Of a stretch of 64,000 nt of DNA, positions 31,118 through 44,811 are shown in pieces. Positions within the stretch are counted from its first letter, which is position 1, and every line of letters starts with the position of its first letter. A program made the translations under genes and the position numbers. Origin of the DNA: TPA_inf: Saccharomyces. Its lineage: Eukaryota. The notes under the pieces were generated by a model. That model was given only the letters and a program-made list of their open reading frames with translations. It made no database searches and had not been told where the DNA came from. Where the stretch lies: the NCBI GenBank assembly GCA_000146045.2, contig BK006934.2, forward strand, positions 64,001 through 128,000. Reading direction: 5' to 3'.

Positions 31118-33937
31118 TTACTTTTGTTTATCATCTTCAGTTACGTCCAAATTTACGGTTTCTTTGCTATCGTTATTGTCGTCACAATTGTTTGTCTTAT
31201 TAATATGCTCGTTGTCGTTATCGTCGTCATTATCTTCATCAGCATCCATGTTCTCAGCTACTTTCTTCAATCTTGCTAACTTGACTAGCGGGGCCAATGA
31301 GGAATTGGCTTCAGCTATCTCCGTGATATATTCATCATGAAGCAATTCCGTAGCGCTTGCTCTATCTTCGGGCTCCACACATAAACACCAATCAAGGAAT
31401 TTTTTCAAGCTTGACGATAGATTCTCGGGTTCCTTTAACTTGGGTGTACCATTTGTAGCAATTAAATACAGTGCTCTTAGCGGGGTTTCATTTAAATATG
31501 GAGGCTCCCCCTCGATCATTTCAATGATCATGATACCCAACGACCAGATATCTACTTTTGGGCCATATTCTTTCCTAGAAACCACTTCAGGCGCCATCCA
31601 ATAAGGCGTTCCCACCATAGTAGTTCTTTTCAAGTTCAATTCATTGATTTGAGCGCAAAAACCGAAATCCGTTAACTTAATATCCCCTTCCATGGACAAT
31701 AGGATGTTATCGGATTTGATATCTCTGTGAAGAACACCTTTAGAATGTAAAAATTCCAACCCACTCAAAGTTTCTCTACAAACGGCACCAATTTGACCTT
31801 CTGTCAAAATACAATGGGTGACCACATCAGTTAAGGAGCCACCTTCCATGTATTCCATAATGACCCAAAGGTCGCCTTTTAAAACGTAAGAATCAATGAA
31901 ATTAACTATATTAGGGTGTTTGCTACCCTTCATGACCAGAATCTCATTGATGATTAGCTCCTTTTTTGGTTGCTTTTCGAGATTCATTTGCTTAATGGCC
32001 ACTGAGACATTCGTACCTATTTCATAAGCAGTATAAACACCACCTGATGCACCTTGACCAATTTTTACTAAATTGGCATATTTTGTACTTGGGTCACCGT
32101 CTGAGCAAATTTCGTTCAATTTGGCATATAGTTGTTTTTTACGTCTTTCCCTTTCCTCTCTCTTTTTCTCATTTAATTCTTTAGACAAGCTTCTTGCTTG
32201 AGCTGGCTTCGAAGTAGGTGTCGTTACCGTCTCTTGCGCCGGCGCTTTTGGCGATTGAGCAACTTGCTGTGGTGTGTGAGCTGTGGAGATGATTGGAGAC
32301 GTTTTGGATTTGGTTGGAGGTATTGGTGGTAGTGGCTGCTCCTCTTTTTTTAAAGTGGCATTTCTTGATATTGAGGACCTGTTTGGGCTGGTCCTGTTCG
32401 GAGTTGTAGGTGCATGAGTCTGCTTCAAGGGCGAAACATTGGCGGCAGAATTCATGACGGGTGATTTTATAATTGGAGCTGAAGCGGACGCAGAAGATGG
32501 GGGCTTAGGAGCCGGTCTACTTGGTATGAATTTCCCGTTTGCTGAACTAGAATCTGTATTTAAGGTTGGAGACATGACGTGATTGGACATTGGTGTACCT
32601 GTTCTGGAACCGTAATTGTGCGAATCACTTGTCGACGGAGGAAATTTATTGAATGAGTTTGCAGGCGGTGTTGAAACTTGAGGACTTCCCGGCAATCCTG
32701 TGGTTGTGTTGAAAGTCTTGAACATTTTATCTTCACCGTTTGTTTCCGTGACATCCTGATAGAATTTGACAATATCCATGACTGCTTGCATGTTTTGCTG
32801 TTGTTCTCTTTTGGAAATACCACTAGAAGTCAACAATTTTTCCCATTCCTCCGGCAAACCTGTGTACTCACCAGTCTTGGAGTCCACGCCCACATGGTGG
32901 ATATGCTTGGCATTGTATGGCGTAGATATCCTCAAAGCGGTGGTTATAGAAGATGAGGAAGAATTATTGGACGACGATGAGGCCCTTTTATCATCCTGAG
33001 AATTTCTCTTTATATTCTGTACAAAGGACGTAAAGACATCTTTCATTCTTAGTGTACCACTATTTGAACCGCTTTTCCTTTTTTTCGAAGAGGAAGAATA
33101 ATACGATTTTTCTGTTTGCTTTTTAGGTGGAGAGGAGTTTTTTAAAGGATTTTTCGAAGGAAAGCTTTTTTTCACAGAAACCGGTTTACTTTTTGCTTCA
33201 GGCTTGGACGGTTTAACTTTTGGTTTATGTTGCTTATGCTTAGGGTTCGAAAGCGAATGGGAAGCTGAATTGATCTGTCTTGGCGTGGTTGTCATCGATG
33301 GTTTAGAGATAACGGGAGTGGACACTGGTGTAGCCCTTCGTATATCAGTGGAGCTCTTATTCGAGTTTACTGTGGAAGATGCAACTGGCTGCTGGTGCTT
33401 CACTGTCGCGTTATTTTCTATAGTTTCTGTAGAATCTGTTAACGACAGTTTTGATAGTAAAGTGTCATTAAACTGGTGATCTGACTCGGACGCATTTATG
33501 GTAGAAAATGTGTTGTCAGCAGAATGATCCGGGGTTATATTGCTGGTATTTATGTTTGGAGTGACTGCTTCTAGAGATTTGGTTTCATCGATGTTAGAAT
33601 GAGGACTCATGGATGAAGACATTCCACTGATGACAGAGGAGGAAGATACTCGGGTAAATTGAATAGGATCATCTAGTGAAACGACATTATTGTCATCATC
33701 ATTGGTTGTCTCCGCGTTCTTCGCAGGATCCATGGATTTGTATCCACCAGCTTCATGGGCAGCATTAGTGCCTTTTTGTAAGGCATTGACGTTCAAAGTT
33801 CCAGTGGTCCTTGGTAATCGTAATCCATCGCCGCCATCGCCATTGCCGCCCATGGCCCTTTCATTGTCATTGCTGATACCGTTATCAAGACTGTCCTTGT
33901 CTGGTAGTTCCGATACAGCAGATGGATCATTGCTCAT
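31118..33937 (-). CDS. STE20: STE20 (YHL007C), PAK-family Ser/Thr protein kinase (pheromone, filamentation and HOG pathways), 939 aa
   Basis: CRIB/PBD motif ISTPYNAKHIHHVGVD; C-terminal kinase domain (GQGASGGVYTA...VAIKQM...HRDIKSDNILL...DFG...GTPYWMAPE); long S/T/P-rich N-terminus; C-terminal Gbeta-binding tail. Confidence 0.93.
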   Translation of the reverse strand: MSNDPSAVSELPDKDSLDNGISNDNERAMGGNGDGGDGLRLPRTTGTLNVNALQKGTNAAHEAGGYKSMDPAKNAETTNDDDNNVVSLDDPIQFTRVSSSSVISGMSSSMSPHSNIDETKSLEAVTPNINTSNITPDHSADNTFSTINASESDHQFNDTLLSKLSLTDSTETIENNATVKHQQPVASSTVNSNKSSTDIRRATPVSTPVISKPSMTTTPRQINSASHSLSNPKHKQHKPKVKPSKPEAKSKPVSVKKSFPSKNPLKNSSPPKKQTEKSYYSSSSKKRKSGSNSGTLRMKDVFTSFVQNIKRNSQDDKRASSSSNNSSSSSITTALRISTPYNAKHIHHVGVDSKTGEYTGLPEEWEKLLTSSGISKREQQQNMQAVMDIVKFYQDVTETNGEDKMFKTFNTTTGLPGSPQVSTPPANSFNKFPPSTSDSHNYGSRTGTPMSNHVMSPTLNTDSSSANGKFIPSRPAPKPPSSASASAPIIKSPVMNSAANVSPLKQTHAPTTPNRTSPNRSSISRNATLKKEEQPLPPIPPTKSKTSPIISTAHTPQQVAQSPKAPAQETVTTPTSKPAQARSLSKELNEKKREERERRKKQLYAKLNEICSDGDPSTKYANLVKIGQGASGGVYTAYEIGTNVSVAIKQMNLEKQPKKELIINEILVMKGSKHPNIVNFIDSYVLKGDLWVIMEYMEGGSLTDVVTHCILTEGQIGAVCRETLSGLEFLHSKGVLHRDIKSDNILLSMEGDIKLTDFGFCAQINELNLKRTTMVGTPYWMAPEVVSRKEYGPKVDIWSLGIMIIEMIEGEPPYLNETPLRALYLIATNGTPKLKEPENLSSSLKKFLDWCLCVEPEDRASATELLHDEYITEIAEANSSLAPLVKLARLKKVAENMDADEDNDDDNDNEHINKTNNCDDNNDSKETVNLDVTEDDKQK

Positions 33938-34342
33938 TTCTTGTATTAGTCGAGGATCTTGTGGGATATTTAGGATGGGGTGTGAGGCAGTGAAGGGAAG
34001 AAGTTTGGGTTGCTTGCTACCTCGCTCTAATTGTACGTACGGATGTATGTCTTTAAGAAAGTATGTAAGTGTGTGTAGTATGTGAGTATCTATGTAAGCA
34101 TGCGTTGCTAATGCGAATTTACGGATGCCTCTTTTTGGTTTCGTATTTTTCCTCTCTGGCCAGGTGACTTTCTGAATTTTTCAGCTGCCAAAAGCGGTAG
34201 ACTTTCGAATTCCCTCTCTTGGCCGTGTTTCGGGCCACGAGGCGAAAATTTTTTTTTTTTAATCGAAAAAAAAAGGAAAAAAAGATTAACGTTTCTTTTT
34301 CGTTCTATCGTCTTCTACGATATCGCATGTAACACAATGCAG

Positions 34343-34795
34343 CTATCTGATAATATGGTCCCAGAATCGCAATAGCCGGGCAGGCACGCTACTAGAAGGC
34401 GGTTCTGGATAGAATTCAACTTTAGATGGCAGACTGAGGCACTGCCGTAACACAAGGCTAAGTAGCCGCAGCTGTTGCGGTCCATCTTGTGTCGCGGTGA
34501 GATCCCACAATCCATAGACGAGTACATTAGAGTATTGCGGACCATTCGCCTGCGCTTGCATCCGGGTGAGGTACATGTATAAGTACTTTACCCGGCCCAA
34601 AAAAACTACGGATACCCGCTCCCGGCTTGCCACGTGACCTGCCACAGTGTTCGTAGTCACGTGCTCCTTCAGTCCTCCTAACTCTACGTACTTCCTGGCA
34701 GTGTCTCCAAGGACTATCACCAGTACGTTTGGGCTTGACTGATCCAGGCTCCAATCGCTTTCTACTAGCTGTTGCAACCGCTCTTCAAACTGCAT
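34343..34795 (-). CDS. SHU1: SHU1 (YHL006C), Shu-complex subunit (error-free post-replication repair / homologous recombination), 150 aa
   Basis: 150-aa ORF at the expected position between STE20 and MRP4; no diagnostic motif, so the identification rests on synteny and length. Confidence 0.72.
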   Translation of the reverse strand: MQFEERLQQLVESDWSLDQSSPNVLVIVLGDTARKYVELGGLKEHVTTNTVAGHVASRERVSVVFLGRVKYLYMYLTRMQAQANGPQYSNVLVYGLWDLTATQDGPQQLRLLSLVLRQCLSLPSKVEFYPEPPSSSVPARLLRFWDHIIR

Positions 34796-35194
34796 ATTGT
34801 ATCCTGCTGCTGCTGTTGTTGCACCCGTTATTGCACCTGAGCATTAATATATGCGTATATGTATCTATCTATGTATATGTGTATGTGTAATATGTATACG
34901 TTTATGTTAATGCATAAACTGTAATGAAACGAATACTCACCCGCTTGCTCTCTCTCACGTATAACACACGCATACTGCCCTATTTTCCTGTTTATCTCGG
35001 TAAGAAAAGGCCGTGCCGGGTCAGAAAAGAGTGCAAGAAAAAAATCAATTCGGTAAGTGAATCCGAGAGATGAAATTTGTATGTCGTAGGTCACTGCTAT
35101 ATTTGATGGTAAATAATAATCAGTTCTGGCAAGTGTACATACGCTCGAGAGCCTGATTATCGCGGGGCACAAATACAGGTGATTCGAGAAATAA

Positions 35195-36403
<1,209 letters not shown>

Positions 36404-36647
36404 ACACTTTTATTTTCTTTTGGCTTGTTAACCTAAACTTGTACATATGCCCATATATCCTTAAATATATATATATAGCCAACCCGAAGACGCTAAATAA
36501 ACGCATTTTTTTTTTTTTTTACAGAATTATTACTTTCGTACTTGGGTTTATGCTTCTTATAACAACAACTATGAGCTATACCATGTTAACTTGGCCTTCA
36601 TACAGGGGGGAAATCATATGATGATACGTATTCTCCTTAAGATACGT

Positions 36648-37883
36648 TTATTCACACTTTTCCTTAGATTCTTCATTTTCAGCGCTCTCATCAGAATCAC
36701 TGTCACTTCTTTCGTCCTTTTGGATACCTTGCCATATCAATCTGTACAAGATTCTAAGAATTAAAAACAGCCAATACAGGTTAACTAATTGTAACGCAGC
36801 AATTAGTACAAATACAATTGGCAACGAAATCCAACATTTGTATTGTTGTGTGGCAAAATTCAACACATAATTACCTTCATGACGGAATTCTGTTAAGACT
36901 GACCATAATATTCTGATATTCACGACATGGCGCAGATAGATCCAAAAGAACACGAACAAGCCGAACACAAAGGGAGTAAATACAGAATTCAGATAGTTTA
37001 ATGTCTTAGACAAAGAAAGGAAAAAATCTGACACATCCATAGTAATATAGATAGCCAATCCCATTTTGGTAAAATGGAAAACATATGATGACCAAATTAA
37101 TAATAATGTCACAATGTGATGAAAAACCAATTCCTTGTAATCCTTTCTTGGCTTTTCTAATTGTAGAACAAGAACACAAGCCTGTTGCGCCCAAAATGCC
37201 GCTTGACCCAAGTAAAATATCTTAAACAAGAACGGATTGGTTATAACAGGATATGTTCTGTACATTGGTTTTGTCTTGAACAACCACAAATCACTATGGT
37301 ACATAATATAAAGACCAAAGGGCCCTGAAACTCCGCAATAAAATATGGCATACATTTGTTCTAGCATACGCTTTTGACGATGCTCGGAAGTAACATTTAG
37401 GTATACCGTGAATGGTCGAATTACAACATCCATCAAAAACTCACGTAAAAATGTGAAGAAAATCATGTAGAAAAACACAAAACTCAAATCTTTGATACCT
37501 TTTGCATATGAGTCTGTGCCATCAACTTGATATGATATGGCTACGAACATGTGCAGCGGGTTTGATTCTGTTCTATTCCCAGATAAAAAGTACGCGCTAT
37601 ACACGCATACAAGTATGAAGAATGGTGTCAACCAACTATGACGGTAATTCATTTCTCTATATGAAAACCAAACCTTCCACAGTAGGTCACTATCCTTTTT
37701 AGAGTCACCAGTCAAGGCTTTCATCCTTTTTTTGGCCTCATTTTTAGAGGCAGCACTTTCAGGCATGGCTGCAAAGCCAGGAACTGTATCACCTAAATCA
37801 ATTTTACCCACGGAAGAGTTTCGTCTTCTTGTTTTTGCATTAACAACTAACCTATCGATAGATTTGTCCGTAGCTGATGTCAT
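36648..37883 (-). CDS. LAG1: LAG1 (YHL003C), ceramide synthase component (TLC/Lag1 domain), 411 aa
   Basis: Polytopic TLC domain with the Lag1 motif region (…[35 protein letters not shown]…); acidic C-terminal tail with di-lysine-like ending. Confidence 0.9.
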   Translation of the reverse strand: MTSATDKSIDRLVVNAKTRRRNSSVGKIDLGDTVPGFAAMPESAASKNEAKKRMKALTGDSKKDSDLLWKVWFSYREMNYRHSWLTPFFILVCVYSAYFLSGNRTESNPLHMFVAISYQVDGTDSYAKGIKDLSFVFFYMIFFTFLREFLMDVVIRPFTVYLNVTSEHRQKRMLEQMYAIFYCGVSGPFGLYIMYHSDLWLFKTKPMYRTYPVITNPFLFKIFYLGQAAFWAQQACVLVLQLEKPRKDYKELVFHHIVTLLLIWSSYVFHFTKMGLAIYITMDVSDFFLSLSKTLNYLNSVFTPFVFGLFVFFWIYLRHVVNIRILWSVLTEFRHEGNYVLNFATQQYKCWISLPIVFVLIAALQLVNLYWLFLILRILYRLIWQGIQKDERSDSDSDESAENEESKEKCE

Positions 37884-38611
37884 GTTGTCGTTATTTCTTC
37901 AGTTTCTCTGTATCTTGGAGTTCACTCTCAACACTGTCTAATATACCTTGCCACTTTAGATAGACAAGCAGTCAGATCAATTGAGACAACCTTACGAAAT
38001 CGTTTGGCAAATATCTTGACCTTCTTAGTACAGGGCTGCAGTTTTCCTTGCCTTGTTTGTCAAGTGATAGCGCGTAAAATGTTGATGCTGCAATTTGCTT
38101 TTCCCGCTAAAAAAATGGAATTTTTTCATCGTTTTTCACTACCCCTGGGCTGCCCTCGGTCAAGAAGGATTTCAAATGGAAGATGACGCATTAGGTAAGT
38201 TTAAAGCGTTAAATTCTCTATAAAAGGGATCTCTATTTACCTGTAATATACTATCGATATTAGTCTTGACGGACTGGGGTGTCCCTGGTCATAATACCCT
38301 AAAGGAAAAACGACTACGACCTTTGTCGGTCTAGCCGAAAGGTGTTTATATTTATGGAATCAGCAAGTGCAGGAAGATAGCAGGCTCTAAGATTGATTCA
38401 AAAGCTAAACCCTACATTACTGCCGCAGAACTTCGGTAGCCTTTGTACGTAATTATATACATTATTCTAATGGTTAACCTCATTTACCGTTATTAGTGAT
38501 TAGTTAAGAAATTCGAATTACATAAATGAAACGCAATGGATTCTAACTGTTAAATATAGGGGCCATGCCAGAGGCAATGCGTAAATCTATCTAAGGAAAC
38601 CGTTGACAAAA

Positions 38612-39970
38612 ATGTCATCATCTGCGATTAAAATAAGGAATGCACTGTTGAAGGCAACAGATCCCAAGTTGAGAAGTGATAACTGGCAATACATTTTAGA
38701 TGTTTGCGATTTGGTGAAGGAAGATCCCGAAGATAATGGACAAGAGGTTATGTCTCTTATAGAGAAGAGGCTAGAACAACAGGATGCTAACGTGATCTTA
38801 AGAACCCTCTCTTTGACGGTATCTTTGGCAGAAAATTGTGGTTCCCGCTTAAGACAGGAAATTAGTTCAAAAAATTTTACCTCTTTGTTATATGCGCTCA
38901 TCGAGAGCCATTCTGTACACATTACTCTAAAAAAAGCGGTGACTGATGTTGTCAAGCAACTGTCTGATTCATTCAAGGATGACCCATCATTACGCGCCAT
39001 GGGAGATCTATATGACAAAATTAAAAGAAAGGCTCCATATTTGGTACAGCCTAATGTACCAGAGAAGCATAACATGAGTACCCAGGCAGACAACTCAGAT
39101 GATGAGGAATTACAAAAAGCACTAAAAATGTCTTTGTTTGAGTACGAAAAGCAAAAAAAGCTACAAGAACAGGAAAAAGAAAGTGCCGAAGTCCTTCCGC
39201 AGCAACAGCAGCAGCATCAGCAGCAGAATCAAGCTCCTGCTCACAAAATACCGGCACAAACCGTTGTGAGAAGAGTTCGGGCTCTATATGACTTAACCAC
39301 AAACGAACCGGATGAATTGTCCTTTAGGAAGGGCGATGTTATTACAGTGCTGGAACAAGTATATAGAGATTGGTGGAAGGGAGCTCTTCGAGGAAATATG
39401 GGTATATTTCCATTAAATTATGTAACACCGATTGTTGAGCCATCGAAAGAAGAAATTGAGAAGGAAAAAAATAAGGAAGCCATAGTATTCTCTCAAAAAA
39501 CTACCATAGATCAACTTCATAATTCGCTTAATGCAGCTTCTAAAACGGGAAATTCAAATGAAGTTTTGCAAGATCCTCATATTGGAGATATGTACGGATC
39601 TGTAACGCCTTTGAGACCTCAAGTTACGAGAATGTTAGGTAAATATGCTAAAGAAAAAGAAGACATGTTATCCCTGCGTCAAGTCTTAGCAAATGCAGAA
39701 CGCTCATATAATCAACTAATGGATCGTGCAGCTAACGCACATATCTCACCACCAGTTCCAGGCCCTGCACTCTACGCAGGAATGACTCATGCTAATAATA
39801 CTCCAGTAATGCCACCTCAGAGGCAGAGTTACCAAAGCAATGAGTACTCACCTTACCCTTCTAATTTGCCAATCCAACATCCTACGAATAGCGCAAATAA
39901 TACCCCACAATACGGTTATGATCTTGGATATTCAGTTGTTAGCCAACCACCACCTGGTTATGAACAATAG
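38612..39970 (+). CDS. HSE1: HSE1 (YHL002W), ESCRT-0 subunit (VHS domain, UIM, SH3), about 452 aa
   Basis: N-terminal VHS domain, a UIM ([17 protein letters not shown]), an SH3 domain ([50 protein letters not shown]) and a Q/P-rich tail. Start placed at MSSSAIKI. Confidence 0.86.
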
Positions 39971-40225
39971 CCCTTCAACTTATATAGCACCTTTACATAT
40001 CTTTAATTTTTACGAAGAGCATTTTATTCAACTTTTGTACCTTTAAAGACGGTTTTCAGCCCACACATTTTTTGTTATTTTACACCACACAGTAAAACTT
40101 TCTTGCTTTTTTTTCTTGAGACTCCCCGACCATTGTTCGATATTCCAATTTTCGCAATCTTCAGAAAAGGGTATCCTAACATTCTAAATTAATAATAAAG
40201 AAGAGAGGCTACAAGCATTTATTAG

Positions 40226-41091
<866 letters not shown>

Positions 41092-41585
41092 AAAAAGAAG
41101 AATAATTCTAAAATCCATAGGTAAGTACTGAAAGCAATTTTGCGTTCCGTCAATGCATATTATATATATTAATCTTAACCATTTATGTAAACAACATATC
41201 ATTTCATTTTGTTCTGGCCACATTCCCTGTTCCTCTCAATATAGTGATGTTTTATAAGGGATATTCTTTGCGGCTCCATTATAAATACACTTTACCATGA
41301 GAGTTTCCTCACCAGCTATATTACTCGCGCCAACTACCATTCGACGCAAGGAACAAAAAAGCATCTAGATAATAGTAGAGAGGTGGTGATACACCCTCAG
41401 GTTGCTATGACGATATATTCTCCGTAAATTCTTTCTTACGATTATTCCTTTAGATCGGCAAGAGATTTGGGCTTGAGGAAGCGATAAAATTCTTTGTTGA
41501 CAAAACTCTCCCTTAGTGCTTGTGAAATAAACATCAATAATCATTTTTTTATTTTTCGCGTTTTTAAGATAATGTCTTAACCAAT

Positions 41586-41703
41586 TTTCTAAGTTCGGAA
41601 CACAAAACCCAATGTTTAATCATTTTTAATAAACAATTTAGTATATATATTATTTTAATTTTATTAAATTAATTAAAATTAAAAGAATTATTAGTCATGT
41701 GAT
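41586..41703 (-). other. CEN8: Point centromere (CEN8-like): CDEIII 41586..41610, CDEII 41611..41695, CDEI 41696..41703; CDEI-to-CDEIII runs on the minus strand
   Basis: CDEI: plus-strand catgtgat is ATCACATG on the minus strand, matching RTCACRTG. CDEII: 85 bp with 6 G/C, about 93% AT. CDEIII (minus-strand read): GTTTTGTGTTCCGAACTTAGAAAA with the essential central CCG and flanking TG/AAAA. It lies exactly at the YHL/YHR boundary between RPL14B and OSH7. Confidence 0.85.
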
Positions 41704-42054
41704 TACCATCCTACTTATTATACTAAATCGTTTTGTGGATGTGTAATTGTTGGAGTTCTTCTTATCTACTTTTTAACTTGTGTGTAATTAGAGCTGTACA
41801 TTCAAGGTAAGGAATGTAATGCACCAATGATTACCTAAATCAAATTCGAAATATGTATCAGTATATTATAGGAATGTTAATTCGCTCGTGCGTACTAATT
41901 TTTCCGAGGTCACTCGCAAATCCAGAATTCTAAAGGATGAAAGTATATTTTCTGAAATCGTCAACAAAGAAGGGATGTGATATATTCAAAATGGAAAGAT
42001 TCCTCCTTCTTTCATTTAGAAATAGGAAACTAACCAGTAAATTAGAAACAAAGA

Positions 42055-43368
42055 ATGGCTCTCAATAAACTAAAGAATATACCTTCTTTAACAAACAGTT
42101 CTCATAGCTCAATTAACGGCATTGCATCCAATGCTGCAAATTCCAAACCAAGCGGAGCAGACACGGATGATATCGATGAGAATGATGAATCTGGGCAAAG
42201 TATTCTATTAAATATTATTTCCCAGCTGAAGCCAGGTTGTGATTTATCTAGAATCACACTTCCGACATTTATTCTGGAAAAAAAATCGATGTTGGAGAGA
42301 ATCACTAATCAATTACAATTCCCAGATGTTCTTTTAGAAGCACACTCCAATAAAGACGGGCTGCAAAGGTTCGTTAAAGTGGTAGCATGGTACCTAGCAG
42401 GTTGGCACATTGGGCCCAGGGCTGTGAAGAAGCCCCTAAATCCCATTCTTGGAGAACACTTTACAGCTTATTGGGATTTGCCTAACAAGCAACAAGCCTT
42501 TTACATTGCAGAACAAACGAGTCACCATCCTCCTGAATCTGCGTATTTTTACATGATTCCAGAATCGAATATTAGAGTTGATGGAGTTGTTGTGCCAAAA
42601 TCGAAATTTTTAGGAAACTCAAGTGCTGCAATGATGGAGGGGTTAACTGTATTGCAATTCCTTGATATCAAGGATGCAAATGGTAAACCAGAGAAATATA
42701 CTCTATCGCAACCAAATGTTTACGCAAGGGGAATTCTGTTTGGCAAGATGAGGATTGAATTGGGAGATCACATGGTCATTATGGGTCCTAAGTATCAAGT
42801 GGATATTGAGTTCAAAACAAAGGGCTTTATTTCTGGTACCTATGATGCAATTGAAGGTACAATTAAGGATTACGATGGTAAGGAATACTACCAAATTAGT
42901 GGTAAGTGGAATGATATTATGTATATCAAAGATTTGAGGGAAAAAAGCTCTAAAAAGACTGTTCTCTTCGATACTCATCAGCATTTTCCTCTAGCTCCTA
43001 AAGTCCGCCCATTGGAGGAACAGGGAGAATACGAATCGAGAAGGCTTTGGAAGAAGGTTACGGATGCGCTGGCTGTACGTGACCATGAAGTAGCTACAGA
43101 AGAAAAGTTTCAGATAGAAAACCGCCAAAGAGAGCTGGCCAAAAAGAGGGCCGAAGACGGCGTTGAATTTCATTCAAAACTATTTAGAAGGGCAGAGCCA
43201 GGTGAGGATTTAGATTATTATATTTACAAGCACATCCCTGAAGGGACCGACAAGCATGAAGAACAGATCAGGAGCATTTTGGAAACTGCCCCGATTTTAC
43301 CAGGACAGACATTCACTGAAAAATTTTCTATTCCGGCTTATAAAAAGCATGGAATCCAAAAGAATTAG
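42055..43368 (+). CDS. OSH7: OSH7 (YHR001W), oxysterol-binding-protein homologue (ORD-only, PS/PI4P transfer), 437 aa
   Basis: OSBP fingerprint EQTSHHPP and downstream ORD conservation; lacks PH/FFAT regions, consistent with the short Osh6/7 class. Confidence 0.9.
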   Translation: MALNKLKNIPSLTNSSHSSINGIASNAANSKPSGADTDDIDENDESGQSILLNIISQLKPGCDLSRITLPTFILEKKSMLERITNQLQFPDVLLEAHSNKDGLQRFVKVVAWYLAGWHIGPRAVKKPLNPILGEHFTAYWDLPNKQQAFYIAEQTSHHPPESAYFYMIPESNIRVDGVVVPKSKFLGNSSAAMMEGLTVLQFLDIKDANGKPEKYTLSQPNVYARGILFGKMRIELGDHMVIMGPKYQVDIEFKTKGFISGTYDAIEGTIKDYDGKEYYQISGKWNDIMYIKDLREKSSKKTVLFDTHQHFPLAPKVRPLEEQGEYESRRLWKKVTDALAVRDHEVATEEKFQIENRQRELAKKRAEDGVEFHSKLFRRAEPGEDLDYYIYKHIPEGTDKHEEQIRSILETAPILPGQTFTEKFSIPAYKKHGIQKN

Positions 43369-43825
43369 GCTTCTCATTCTATTTTAATTATACTAGTACG
43401 ATTTCTCACTCTGTAATTTAATATCAGTGTAATATGCACCTAGTTATGGGTAGTTTTTGCTAACGTTACGAGCCGCGAAACTGTCCTCAATCTTCACCAC
43501 TACCTCTAATGACTGAAGAATGCTATGCGATATAACGCTGTCGCACTTTGAATATATACTTATATTTACATAGTTTTCAAGTGCGTATTACTATTGCAAA
43601 GTAGTATTTTGTCACGTGATTTTGATCCAATTAAAACTAAATATGGTTCAACCCGTTGTTTCCGCATCAAAAAACCATACCATTTATCAAGGGGACGGGA
43701 TATATCACATAACAGTTTGAATGCATAATTTGTTATAGATATCTTCTGGAATAATCTTCACAGCAAAAGCGCAAGTCGAATAATATATCGATAAATACAA
43801 TCCATAAGACTTAAAACTAACCTCA

Positions 43826-43831
43826 ATGGCG
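43826..43831 (+). CDS. QCR10: QCR10 (YHR001W-A) exon 1: ATG GCG only (2 codons)
   Basis: ATGGCG immediately followed by GTAAGT; joins in frame to exon 2 to give MAYTSHLSS... Confidence 0.8.
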
Positions 43832-43894
43832 GTAAGTATCCTATCATATTATGTGAGCTAGAACCGAATTAGTATACTAACATTTATAATACAG
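43832..43894 (+). other. QCR10 intron, 63 nt (5' GTAAGT, branch point TACTAAC at about 43874, 3' ACAG)
   Basis: Splice signals read directly; the spliced product is a recognisable Qcr10. Confidence 0.8.
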
Positions 43895-44122
43895 TACACT
43901 TCTCATCTGTCTTCAAAAACTGGTCTACATTTCGGTAGACTTTCTTTAAGAAGTTTAACAGCTTATGCTCCGAATTTAATGTTATGGGGTGGTGCTAGCA
44001 TGCTTGGGCTATTTGTATTCACAGAAGGATGGCCTAAGTTTCAAGATACGCTATACAAAAAGATTCCGTTGTTAGGACCTACATTGGAAGATCATACTCC
44101 ACCAGAAGATAAACCTAATTGA
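43895..44122 (+). CDS. QCR10: QCR10 exon 2; total 77 aa subunit 10 of the cytochrome bc1 complex
   Basis: Spliced translation [77 protein letters not shown], with a single TM helix. Confidence 0.82.
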
Positions 44123-44811
44123 AGCCAAAACATCCAACCGGCTGAGTGATTTTATTTATTTGTTTTACGTTCTTTTCTATCATTTTGGAAGAGGAATTAA
44201 TGCAAAACACATTTGTATTTTTTTTTATTTTTGCATATTCTCGATTATCTATACATATTTTTAAACTGGATCATAAAAGGTATAAAAAGTAATTGATCCA
44301 TACAACATTTTTAAATATTTACCCCTCTATTTTCAGAATATTTACTAAAACATCAGTTATCAAAGAGTAGGGAAAAGTTAACTACAGGTTTGTTTTTCCT
44401 CTTTTTATGTATCTTTTGAGCTTTGTAATTGGGCAGCACATCTCTATGTTTTCAGGGAAACCTATTTCATTCGCCATTTTGATGATTTAGGCATACGCCA
44501 ATGCTAACGCCGTTTCTTGTAATTTCTATTTTTTCAAATGGAGTACTTTACCTTCCTCCCGCAGCTGGAACTTTCAACCCGCCGGAAGAAAAGACCAAAT
44601 AATATTATAATTAATATTTAAAACCCTTGAAAGATCATCTCTTAAAATAACCTCAAATAGTGTAAATCCAAGCACTTGAAAACTTTGCCGTTTTAGAACT
44701 CGTTAAATCCTTTAAGAAGGACATAACAGCCAGAGTAACAAAATAGTTTGCTCGTGAAAGCACCAGTGAAATTTCTCGAGGTAACTGCTAAAATAAACAC
44801 AGTTCTTAAGT

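Noticed and set aside
38270-38350. GC-richer patch (ggactggggtgtccctggtc...ggtctagccgaaagg) between LAG1 and HSE1 that briefly looked tRNA-like
   Set aside because: No acceptor-stem pairing, no A/B box spacing and no T-loop GTTCRANYC could be found; not a tRNA.
38587-39093. 168-codon minus-strand ORF antisense to the HSE1 5' region
   Set aside because: Antisense to the conserved VHS domain of HSE1; no motifs; treated as a shadow ORF.
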